From NCBI GenBank assembly GCA_951406725.2, contig OX597825.1, positions 25,978,001-26,042,000 on the forward strand: 64,000 nt of DNA. Direction: 5' to 3'. Source of the DNA: Octopus vulgaris (Eukaryota). The position numbers and the translations under genes are program-made. The notes beneath the pieces were generated by a model. That model had not been told where the DNA came from, ran no database searches, and was given only the letters and a program-made list of their open reading frames with translations. Shown in pieces: positions 26,036 through 38,467 of this stretch (positions are counted from its first letter, which is position 1; every line of letters begins with the position of its first letter).

Positions 26036-26473
26036 AAAAGATCAGACAAAAAAAATGTGTTTATTAATTGACAGGAGTATATAATTGACAAGATTAGTAA
26101 ATATAAAGACCTGCTAATAGAAATTGAAAAAAATGTGGCATCTCAAGGCGACTACAGTACCAGTGATTGTAGGATCTCTAGGAATGATAAAAAAAGGTAC
26201 TGAAACCTATTCGAAAATGATTCCAGGCTTACCATCCCTACAGGAAGTGCAAAAAATCGTATTAACTGGAACGGCTCATGTACTGAGAAGAGCACTATCG
26301 CACTATACCATCCATGAATTTATTTATTTATTAATTTTTAAATACATATATTATCTTTGAATTTGCGCGTGTAATCTGGGAATGCATACAATGCCCTTCT
26401 CTGCCCTAGGTGTATGGAAAACACTCGGCGAGAAACGGAAGAAAATTTGAAGAAAGAAGGGGAAAAAACATAA

Positions 26474-26504
<31 letters not shown>

Positions 26505-26507
26505 AAT
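26036..26507 (+). mobile_element. 3' end of R4/Dong-like non-LTR retrotransposon (restriction-like endonuclease C-terminus, 3' UTR, (AAT)n)
   Basis: CLLID...KISKYKDLLIEIE-MWHLKATTVPVIVGSLGMIKKG...EVQKIVLTGTAHVLRRALS. Confidence 0.85.
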
Positions 26508-26682
26508 CTTTTCTACTGAAAGCACAAGGCCTGCAATTTGAGGGGAGTTTCGGTAGTGGGTTACACAAACCCCAGCGTTTCACTGATACTTAATTTATCG
26601 ACCCCGAAAAGATAAAATGCAAAGTCCACCTCCGTGGAATTTGAACTCTGAACGTAGCGATAGACGAAATACCGCTAAGCAT
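26508..26682 (-). mobile_element. SINE family A, 5'-truncated, alternative tail
   Basis: TTTATCGACCCCGAAAAGATAAAATGCAAAGTCCACCTCCGTGGAATTTGAACTC. Confidence 0.8.
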
Positions 26683-27070
26683 ATAAATGTGGAACCTCAA
26701 CACTAAAACAATACCTGTTGTCATAAGTGATCTAGGAATTATAGCAAAAGGGGTTGATTCCCACCTAGCTCGGATAACAGGAAACCCTAAAATGGCAGAA
26801 ATACAAAAGATAGTTTTCGTGGAAACTACCCATATCCTACGTAAAATACTGTCTATGTACTCTGAAATTTTAAACTTGTAATTTTCTTTTGTTTTCTTAA
26901 GCATTCTATAGATCAATAATTTGTGCAAAATCAAATACATGACACCGTAGGCATAACATCAAATTGAAATTCGAACTTGTTGTCTCTTGAGGTCTCTAGG
27001 TGAGACTTGGAGTCAAATTGTACAAATACAAGGCAAAAGTCAAACATATAATAATAATAATAATAATAAT
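26683..27070 (+). mobile_element. 3' end of a second, different R4/Dong-like element
   Basis: MWNLNTKTIPVVISDLGIIAKG...EIQKIVFVETTHILRKILSM followed by UTR and (AAT)n/(AAC)n. Confidence 0.82.
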
Positions 27071-27163
<93 letters not shown>

Positions 27164-29177
27164 GAGAGACTGACGAAAAAGAAGGAGGGAAAGAAAAAGA
27201 TGCAGAAGAGTTTGTAAAAAAAGTTGAATGATGTCAGTTTGTGTATGTAGTCCTCATCTACCTTTAAAAAACATAAATGCAACCGCCGACAGTCCTTGGA
27301 ACATACGCAAAGAAGTAAATGTATGCGGCCGATGGGGAGTGAAGAATGGAATGAAAATCTTTGATGTTATTGATGGTTGCTAGGAGAAGTGGGGTTCGTC
27401 TGCCGTCGTTGAATTCAACGCGCAATTTTGTAAGTGATTAGTTGGTACCGTATTGCTGTCGAAACAAGCATATTGTTGTGGGGAGACATGTATTTGTGAA
27501 GGAAGAGAATTTTTAGGATGCGGTTACCTTGCCTGGGAGTGTAAAGAAATGTTTAATGTTGAATCATTACAGATTTTACGTTCGACAAAATCCAGCCTTA
27601 AAATATAAATTATTTCTGCATACTTTCCAATATTTGTAAACGTCAATATTGACATGGACAGTAAAAAAAAAAAATTGTGAATGTTGTAAGTAGTCTTAAC
27701 TCTTAGAATTATATTTGTTTATTTTAGTTTAAGATGCCTACATTTGTTTTAGGTTTAAGATGCATTGAAAGGAGGTTTCAGGTGGCTATTCAAAATCGTT
27801 AGCTGGATAAACAAAACAAATCTACCGTATTCTGACCTACATGTTAGAAATCTACTGAATATAAATTTTATTCTGCAAAACCAACAAACCAATTGCCTTC
27901 AAGGTGAATATCATGCGTACAGTAAGCTTTGGAATGAAAGACTATACATTCTAAGGAAATCTAACAACCCTATACAAAATTATTCCTGCACATGCGAACC
28001 AACAAAACAAACTGTACATATTCGGGATGCACTTATAATAGCACAAGAATCGCAAGCATGTCATTCATGCGAGCATGCATAAAACCGCAAAGGAAAGTGT
28101 TTCTAATTCAGGTCAGAGGCAGTCTTTCGTAAATATTCTCTAAAATAGATAAATGTGTAAATAGAAAAAATAAAATAAAGATTTTTTTCAAAGAAATACT
28201 TCAAAAAATGTTTATAGAGTGGAGATAAGTGGGGTATTCCTCTCCCATACCAACTTAAATAAAAACGCGAACGAGATTGAGAAATAATACAATGTAATTT
28301 TCCATAATCACTGGAGATTTCCTTCTACTCTCCGTGAAGCAGTTCGTATTAGCACTAAGTAAAACAGTGAATTAATCTCTTTGATTAGAAGAACTGGGAT
28401 CACAAGAGACCTACATGATAGTCCATAAACGATATCAGAACTGTACACTGTAGACAGTGCAAAGAAGAAAATTATTTAATGCTAGATACTGAGATGGTTG
28501 AAAGTAAGCAATCGCTAGCATTAAAAATAAAATATATGCCACTACATCTCGTAAAGCGGCACTACGCATAACACTGAATGTGCCAGACAGAATTGCTTCT
28601 TTTCCATTGCCAAACTTTAAGGAGTTGACTGTGAACTTTCGTGGCACTAATTATCAAGAATGCCACAAAGTATAAGAAATCAACAAAAACAACACCAGCA
28701 AGCAACATCACTAATATTACGCAATAGGACTTGCTCCATCTCCAAAAAAAAAAAAACAAAAAAAAAACACGAAGATGGTAACATTCCACATTGGAATAAC
28801 GTCATAGAATACACAAATGCAAACCGACGGATACAGGTTGCCCGTCACAAAGGGAAGAGATTAACAAGGAAAACAGGAAAATAGAAGGTAGTAACTCAGC
28901 TCGATAGATAATATCTTCAACAGTGAAGGATAACTGGGGAATCTGGAAGTCATACATATATACATTTCGAGGAAAACAACACGACACACATGGATTTCAT
29001 GGACAAACGTATAAACATATTTGAACTGGTGATTAGTTTATACATATATATATTTTTGAATCATTACTTAGCGCTTCTAATACGTATTTTTCAACGACTT
29101 GGCCGCCAAAAGAGCGTCACTAGTCAAGATATTTCCATTGGTTTTCTATAAGAGAAAACTAGTCCCTTATAGAAGAC

Positions 29178-29402
29178 CAAGCTGGCAGAAACGTTAGCGC
29201 GCCGGGCGAAATGCTTACCGGTATTTAGTCTGCCGTTGCGTTCTGAGTTCAAATTCCGCCGAGGTGGACTTTGCCTTTCATCCTTTGGGGGTCGATAAAT
29301 AAAGTACCAGTTACGCACTGGGGTCGATGTAATCGACTTCATCTCTTTGTCTGTCCTTGTTTGCCCCTCTATGTTTAGCCCCTTGTGGGCAATAAAGAAA
29401 TA
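29178..29402 (+). mobile_element. SINE family A monomer
   Basis: Near-consensus body; imperfect TSD AGAAAACTAGTCCCTT / AGAAACCTAGTCTCTT. Confidence 0.92.
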
Positions 29403-29689
29403 AGAAACCTAGTCTCTTAGGTAGGGGTTGCCTGTCGTTTCGGTATTTGGCATTGATGAGAAGATATCTCGTTTGGAATGCATCCATCCTTTAAACATAA
29501 CGAGACGCAAGGAACTGGACATGGTCTGCTAACACTTGTTCTTCTACAACCAGAATACTACTTCGTGTCAAACTGTAGTAAATAAACTTTTTACAGTTTC
29601 AAATCCTTCAAACATATTTGAAGTGGTACTATGTATGTATGTATGTATGTATGTATGTATGTATGTATGTATGTATGTATGTATGTATT

Positions 29690-29723
<34 letters not shown>

Positions 29724-29960
29724 TGTATGTATGTATGTATGTATGTATGTATGTATGTATAGATGGATGGATGGATGGATATTATTACTCAGATTTCTTT
29801 CAAGATTTGTTACTAATAGAGAAATGGCCGATTTCTAACCGAAATCCAAGGGTCCTTCATTGGAATTTCAACATCAGCAGGGTACTTTTGCATGCAAATG
29901 TGTATGTGTGCAGTATTTGGAGTCAGTGGATGTGCAGATTTGTACGCTTTGTTTTATGTA

Positions 29961-30888
29961 CGAGTTGTAGTCAAAAAACATCCAACCTTTGGCCAAAATC
30001 AAATAATATAAAAAAAACACTCACCAATTTGATTTAGTCTTCTGCAAAGTATTCGCCTTGGGAGTCTACACACTTCTGTCAGTGTTTCTGCTACTGCTGG
30101 AAATATTTCTGGAAATCTCTTTTGGGGATGCTGTAGAGCTGTGCCGTCGAAGTTTACTTAACTTACTGTGTTGACTCAGATATTCCCCCTTTGGGTGTTT
30201 ATTTTAGATTTGGGAATAGCCAAAAGTCACAAGGAGCCAAGTCTGGGGAGTTGGAAGCCTGACGGACAAGTGCTGTGTTTTGCTTGACGAGGAATGCTGG
30301 GATTACGTGAGCAGAACGAGTGTGTGCGTTGTCATGGTGGAGTTTCCAGTTCTTTGCCGCCTACAGGTCGGGTCGTTTTCACCGCACCACTACACGAAGG
30401 TGATGAAGAAGTCCCAGGTAGCATTCATTGTTCATGGTCTGACCTTGTGGTGCATAATCATGGCTCATTGTCCACTGACGTGCGGCTATCTTTGAACCTG
30501 TTGTACCACATCTTTATTTGTGCTTTTCCCATAACATCATCACCAAAAGCCTTCTGAAACTTCTCGACAGTTTGGGCAGAATTTCATACTGTATCTTTGC
30601 TCATACATACATACATACATACATACATACATACATAGATACATACATACATACATACATACACACATACATATATATATATACTTAGTATCAGTTCAAA
30701 CATGTTTGAAGGATTTGAAACTGTAAAAAGTTTATTTACTACAGTTTGACACAGCAATGTCTTCACGTTTGTACTCAACGCGTCACTGCCGGCGAATGGC
30801 GCAACATACAGACAAGAAAATGTTTGCGCATGCTCAGGAAGCTCGCGGGCACTTAATACCCATGCGAATACTTTTTGACTACACCTCG
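29961..30888 (-). mobile_element. Internally deleted mariner transposon
   Basis: TA-flanked TIRs CGAGTTGTAGTCAAAAA / rc CGAGGTGTAGTCAAAAA. Minus strand gives EQRYSMKFC...FQKAFGDDVMGKAQIKMWYNRFKDSRTSV joined to DYAPQGQTMNNECYL...WKLHHDNA...NSPDLAPCDFWLFPNLK. Confidence 0.92.
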
Positions 30889-31319
30889 TATGTAATCCTA
30901 TGCATAGAGTATCTATGTATTATGAACGTATGTGTATATGTGTACATACATATATGCTTATATATATATATATATATATATACGCATATTAATGTGTATC
31001 CATGAAAGTAAGTGGATTTATGATTATGTGCCTATTATACATAAGTATACTTGCTTGCTTATATTAATGCGTGCACACATACGCGCACACATAAAGAGCA
31101 ACACACAAACACACACATGCAAGCGTTTTTATTGATATACCTTTACATAGCTTTCTGTAATCCAATATACATAACCTTCATATCGACATCCTGTTGAATC
31201 AACACGTGTACAAAATATATTGCATAGAATGTGTATACTCCCGTTCACCGCCTGCCTGCATCCATCCCTTCCTCCACTTCTCTCACAGCTTATACACACA
31301 CTCACACCTGAATATACTA

Positions 31320-31358
<39 letters not shown>

Positions 31359-31360
31359 AA

Positions 31361-31404
<44 letters not shown>

Positions 31405-31510
31405 AATATATGTATATATATACACACATATATATATTACTATATTCATGTGTGAATTAAACACACACTCACGCATGAATATAGTAAATATATATATATA
31501 TGTATGTATG

Positions 31511-31572
<62 letters not shown>

Positions 31573-32383
31573 TATATGGCATTCAAACAAATGTAAGTGA
31601 ACGCCTACATGTACATTATGTACACGAATAACGGTACAAATTTACATGTCAGTCTTATAAAATTTTACGCATTTATAATTATTTCATTTTCTGCAAAAGT
31701 TAGGCACCTTATCTGTTGCATTGATAGCCATTTGTATTAAAACTAATATTTACTTCCTACAAGAGTTTATTCACCCTCTTGTTTCTTCTAACTTTTTACT
31801 TCTCTTACTCTAGTTCTTTTTTTGGTATTTTTCATAGTTCTAATTTCTTCCGATTCCTTATATTCTCACCGATACCCTGTTTGTTTGTTCAGTCTTATAT
31901 ATTTTCACATTTTATTAATTTTTTTGCGTTATTTCCTTTCTAGATTCTTCCTCGAAAAAATCTTATCATACATGTATTTTCTGCATTCATATATTCTGTT
32001 TCGCTTAGAAATTAACACAGCATAAAAAAATATCCCATTTCGATTTCAAATACAGTTATATTTAACTATATATTTTTTATTTATATATATATATTTTTTA
32101 CATATTATCTTACCATTATTTTGTGAATTTTGTTTGTTTTGTGTGTTGTCTAAATTGTAAGTTATGTTGGAGACCTTTCTTATCACTCGACCACACATAT
32201 ACAACTGATAATTTGCAAAACAGAAGCGAAACCAACAAGTGCCACAAGATATGCTAGCCTTAATGTATGTATGCATATATGTATGTGCGTATGCATGTAT
32301 TTCTGTATGTAGGTAAGAGTATATGTATGCATGCATGTATATATGTACTTATATATATATAATTGTATTTATTGCAAACTATG

Positions 32384-32427
<44 letters not shown>

Positions 32428-32521
32428 CACATATATGTATTACTGATACATGTTCATATACACATGCACAAACATACATATATACATAGATACATAGATA
32501 CATATATACATATATACATAT

Positions 32522-32575
<54 letters not shown>

Positions 32576-32866
32576 ATGTGTAAGTGTGAGTGTGTATGTG
32601 TGTGTGTATGTGTGTGTGTGTGAGAGAGAGAGAGAGTTTGTATACATTTTTATGATTATACATTTATGTATATATATATATATATATATGAATTCATATA
32701 AATAGTTACAAAATATATATATATTTATACATGTAGAAATATATATGTATATATATACGCACACACACATACATAAGTACATATATGCGTACATATGTAT
32801 ATGTATATCAAGTTCATATATACATATATGTAAATATGTATATATATATATATATATTTTTATTTA

Positions 32867-32903
<37 letters not shown>

Positions 32904-33530
32904 GCACACAGAAATGTATATATAATATTTATTCTTTATTTATATATAACTATGGGTGTATTGTCAAGGAACATATCAAAATAGATTCCGATGTAAATGT
33001 TAGTTTATCTAATACAAAAAGTATACAAAATTGAACATGCTGGTGTTGCTTGCGCATAAAGTTGTATAAACATGCTGAAAGTATACACATGCAGCAAATG
33101 TGTTGCAGAAGAACAGCAGAATAAATCCATAAGTTTTTCTCCGGAATAACATTGCATCGAGTGTTCAGCACGTCTTTTGAATTTGCATTGAGCATTGGGC
33201 TATATGACCCCCCATCGATAATAGGGGTGGAAAGAAGTTCTGAGTATAATTGTACTAAACATTTAATCGTGTCACAAGGAATAAAAGAAGTTTCTCACTA
33301 AACCGATGTCTTTAGTTGTTTACGCATGGGGAAGATCGTCGATGCCCACCATCCACCACCAACTAATGATAGCGTTCATAAAAGAGAGCATCTGGGGGAA
33401 GAATACATACATACGTACGCACGCACTTACATACACACACACGCACATATATGTATATATACATACATACGTACATATATATATATATATATATATAAAT
33501 ATATATATGCATACATATGTATATATATGC

Positions 33531-33578
<48 letters not shown>

Positions 33579-33739
33579 TATAAATAGATGAGTGTATTTT
33601 ACCTTGTTAACAATTAACACGGATAAATGAATGAATAGTTACCAGGGCAGCAAAAATCTCACAAGTAAAGATGTTGTAACTCCTTGTTTATAAAGGTTGA
33701 AACTTCTTGTTTACGTTGAATATTTGAATAATATGAATA

Positions 33740-34185
33740 AAAAATGGAGTTAACGCAGGTTTAAACAAGTACGGGCAGTATCGAACCGTTCTGGCATTGG
33801 TATAGCTTTCAATACCAAAATTTGGCACAGTTCCTTCCAGGAGATGTATATTACTGCTTAACTCTCCCGCCTCCACCCCAGGGAGTAGAGTCTTAGCTAT
33901 TTCAGCCTTCCCCAGTAACTAAGGTGTTGCAATGAGACGACCTTCTTTGTGAAGCTGAGAGGAGTAATCAAAGCGGCTGAGAAAGAATGTGCTCCAGAGG
34001 ACCATCATGGTTTTCTTCTTTCTGGTCCTGAATGTTCTCAGGATCCATCCAGTCAGTTGTCTATACTTTGCCGCCATCCTGGTAATGTGCATTTGGAAAG
34101 AGGTAGCATCACACATATCGATACCTAGGTACTTCACCGGTTTAGGCTCTGGGATTGTAATCCCCTGTGCATCAGTCTATCCCTT
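33740..34185 (-). pseudogene. Decayed CR1-group LINE ORF2 C-terminal fragment
   Basis: KYLGIDMCDATSFQMHITRMAAKYRQLTGWILRTFRTRKKKTMMVLWSTFFLSRFDYSSQL and LLEGTVPNFGIESYTNART. Confidence 0.85.
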
Positions 34186-34233
34186 AAGTAGTGTGTTCAG
34201 TTTTGGAATATATGTGTGTGTGTGTGTGTGTGT

Positions 34234-34348
34234 AGGCGCCGGTGTGGATTGTGGTAAGTAGACTGCTTAACAACCACATGGTCCCGGGTCTTCTACTATA
34301 GCATCGGGCTATATATAGCCTCGGGTCGACCAAATACTTGTGAGTGGA
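34234..34348 (+). mobile_element. SINE family B head fragment
   Basis: GGCGCCGGTGTGGATTGTGGTAAGTAG...AACCACATGG...CCTCGGGTCGACCAAA. Confidence 0.75.
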
Positions 34349-34512
34349 GGTGGTATATATTATCTTCTACGTGAGTAAAAATAGACAACAGCTATGCTGG
34401 GACACAATCTTGTGGAGGTTTAATCGAACATACATTTATAAGTATTTACATGTGTTTATACATGTGCGTCTATACACATATATTAGCATGCATACATATA
34501 TGCATTCATATT

Positions 34513-35030
<518 letters not shown>

Positions 35031-35319
35031 TACGTATTCAGATTTCTAATTTCCGTCAGAGTAAACAAAAACTAATGCCATGAAATCAGGAAACGAAGAT
35101 ATGAAGTTGAAACTAATTTATTTGTGTAAGTTAAATGCAATCTATAAAATTCCGCACCGTTTGATAATTAGATTTTTTTTCCTTTTTAAAGCAATTATTT
35201 ATAATGAATGCCCTAAAAGAAAACAGCTTTAAGACTGTCAGGAAAATTAGAGATACAGAAAGAAATGTACTACTTTTAAATGTCTTCACATGAAGGTTAA
35301 TTTCTCACAAGTATATATA

Positions 35320-35458
35320 CCGTAAATCCTCGAGTATAGTCCGCCCTTGAGTATAATACGCAGTGGATTTTTAGGAGACTGTACCTCTGAAAAACCTAAA
35401 CCCTGTGTATAATACGCCACCCTTCTCTAACTTGAGTCAAGGAGGTCTATATAACGTC
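35320..35458 (+). mobile_element. Solo terminus of a Tc2/pogo-type DNA transposon
   Basis: TA-CCGTAAATCCTCGAGTATAGTCCGC followed by repeated GTATAATACGC subterminal motifs; no partner end found. Confidence 0.6.
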
Positions 35459-35469
35459 ATGTTTATGTT

Positions 35470-35678
35470 TATGTGTCTGTGCTTTTCCATCCACCATCAC
35501 TTGACAACGGATGCTGGTATGTTTACGCCCCGTAACTTAGAGGTTCGGCAAAAGAGACCGATAGAATAAGTACTAGGCTTACATAAAATAAATCCAGGGG
35601 TAGATTTCTTCAACTAAAGGTGGTGCTCCATCCTGGCTGCAGTCAAATTACCGAAAGAAATAAAAGAATAGAAGAATA
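35470..35678 (+). mobile_element. SINE family B 3' module
   Basis: CTTGACAAC...CGTAACTTAGAGGTTCGGCAAAAGAGACCGATAGAATAAGTACTAGGC. Confidence 0.82.
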
Positions 35679-35965
35679 TACACACATATATACATACGAA
35701 TATCTATATCTATATCTATATATATTATATATTACATATATATTTCAATGTATGTAAATATATGCCCAAATAGATTTTGAATAAATTAATTACATATAAT
35801 TAAGTATAAGAATTAAGTTTGATATGAGTGTTTATTCTAGTATTTTTCAGAAGTTTACTTTGTATTTTTCTCTTGACAAAACATATTCAAAATGTTATTT
35901 GATAATTTCAAAATTGATATAATAACGCTTTCCAACTCATATATCAGTTCTCGATAACTGCTGTC

Positions 35966-36000
<35 letters not shown>

Positions 36001-37182
36001 GGGGGGGTGCCTGTGCGCGCGCGCGAGCCCGCGTTCTAAAATCTTAATATTAGTGATAAACACATCATCAATTAAATTTTAATTGCATTATATTTAATGG
36101 AAAACCATTTAAATGGAATATACTCTCAGTTGGTTGGCCAGACCAAATTCTTGCCCTGATATATCGTCTTTGAAACATATTTGTCTGAGTTGTATAAAAG
36201 TATTCCACATCTTAAACTTGTTTGAAACACGCTGCTGATTTCCCGTCTTTACAATTTTGTGTGATGGTGTCCAAGAAATAAATCATTATCACACAATGAA
36301 GATTTCATCATTTGTATCTATCGGGTTAATTACTGCTACAATTTTACCGACAAAGGTGGGCTTACTGAAAACCTGAATCAAAGAGACCATCTACCGTAGA
36401 TACAAGAGCAATGCAATTACATAGTGAAAAGTATTTAATTCATTGCTTGGAAGTTTCAATCACCTTATCCGCCTACGTTGGTACTGATCGCAATTATAGA
36501 GATATCTCTATATTGTGAAGTGTTCCAAATATAGGACAATTAAACGCATATTTGTGTGATTGGGAAACTTTATTAAATTTCCTGTTTCAAGTCGATATGT
36601 TGGAATGAAGACAGTATTCCTGTTGTTTGTATACGAGCGGTTATTAAATCTTTCGACATTTGAACTTTGACAGATCGTAAGTCACAATTAAGAATTGGCA
36701 AGCACTCAAGGAGTCAGTCTGCACAACACTAATTGATAGACAGAGCACACAATGATATGAAGAACTATTTGCATACTTGCTTTGTTGATAGGCTTTGACT
36801 ATGAAAAATTTAAAGGAGAAAATGAAGATTTTGAAATGGTTGGTTATCGTAATTTGTAGCCAATATCACAATGATTAAACGAAATAGCAAGCCTTAGTAG
36901 TAGAAATAAATGTTAAAAATAAATACAATAGCATCAGCAGAATATTTTCGACGCCAACAACAGTAACAGTTCTAAAGACACTGGGTCCTTTTCGCCACAA
37001 GTAGTTATATAATATATGCAAGTATATAAATGACTATAATTCTTCTTAAACCGCAAAATGGTGAATTAAATGTTATACCTCTGCGGTTTATAGGGTAAAA
37101 TGTAGTCAGTTTGAAAAGAGGATTGGACATTCTGCAAGTATATGCAACGCAAATTGCATTTTAATGTATTATAATTCTAGTG

Positions 37183-37244
37183 ATTTCTTCATAATAAGTC
37201 GTCGGTATTTCTTCATAACAAGTCGTCGGTATTTCTTCATAACA
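37183..37244. repeat. 24-bp minisatellite, about 2.5 copies
   Basis: ATTTCTTCATAA(T/C)AAGTCGTCGGT repeated at 37183, 37207 and partially 37231. Confidence 0.9.
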
Positions 37245-38024
37245 TGTCTCAGATGCAACGTGGCTTCTTTAAGATCTATGAAGATAACATGTTAAGATAG
37301 TATTGAAGAAAGAGAATAAACTCTATACCCAACGACAAAAGCTCAGTTAGTGTACAACACCATGAATTTTAATCAATAAGACAAACGTTCAAAAACCCGC
37401 ACTCAGACTAATACTTATGCCTTCTTGCATCTTTCCATCAATAATTGTAAGAGGTTAGAACCGGTAAAGAGGTTTTCCTTTTAAAGACTCGCTGCGAAAA
37501 AAATGCAAAAGGATCAGAACAGGAGCCAAAGTCTAGGAACTTTTTTCACTCAGCTGCTGTGTGGTAACTTATGTTTTACTTCATTATGTCTTGACTATTT
37601 TTTCTGAAATCTACTCAAGTTTACTGTCTTATGGCTAACATAATCACAGGGACATTTTGCTGCAATTCATAATTCCTGTGCTTCTGTCACACTTCCACCG
37701 CCAAATCAATGCTTAATACGAATGAAGAGTTAACATTAAGATCATCCTTTTTTTCCCATTGACATACATAATACTCTTTCTAACATGGACACTTGCGCTA
37801 TCCTCATTCTAATGTGTCCCACATGAGAAATAAATCCATTATTCCTAAGATCTCTGTAACCTATGATGACGCCCCAACCAAAATCCCGAAGTTCCTTTGA
37901 AAATCGATGTATGTTTGTAAATGAAGTCGACTTTCATCACGGCTAAAATATCTAACCCGTATTCCTAACAGATATCGCTATATCATTTCTCTTATGCAGC
38001 ACATGTTCTTATAACCATTTCTCT

Positions 38025-38210
38025 GAGTAAAATGAGCGGAGAGTTACCGTTGTACATCCTCGCAGATTGATGAAATCGAGTTGATGAATGTTGAGGTTGA
38101 TCATATATAATTGGAAGCTTGCATGAAACCAAGACAATAATAACTAGAAAGAAACTGTGATTCTAATAAAATTGTAGTTGTGTAGTGTGTGATAGAAAAC
38201 ATGAAACAAT

Positions 38211-38212
<2 letters not shown>
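38025..38212 (+). repeat. Left arm of a diverged inverted repeat pair of about 185 bp
   Basis: Reverse complement aligns with 40402-40590 (e.g. AGACAATAATAACTAGAAAGAAA; CATCCTCGCA). Confidence 0.85.
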
Positions 38213-38285
<73 letters not shown>

Positions 38286-38371
38286 AGAATTCACAAAAAT
38301 ACAAAAGACGAAGACAGGTGGTGTAGAAAAGAAACAGATGTATTAGTATAACGCTCAGGAACTGGACATGT

Positions 38372-38407
38372 CTTTTACGTTTCGAGCCTACGCTCTTCTA
38401 CAGAAAG
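38372..38407 (-). ncRNA. Minimal type I hammerhead-like motif in a short (TA)n-anchored element (38283-38455)
   Basis: Minus strand CTTT-CTGTAGA-A-GAGC-GTAG-GCTC-GAAA-CG-TA-AAAG; stems I and II pair, core has A6U. Confidence 0.65.
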
Positions 38408-38467
38408 GAACACAGAAAGAAACAGGGAGAGAGAAAAAATGTGTGTAGTGGCTAATCTTCCGTAAGT

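Noticed and set aside
27765-28082. 105-aa non-repetitive ORF
   Set aside because: Non-ATG start, no recognisable domain, length compatible with chance.
37183-37244. CRISPR-like repeat
   Set aside because: Contiguous tandem 24-mer without spacers, eukaryotic context, no cas genes.
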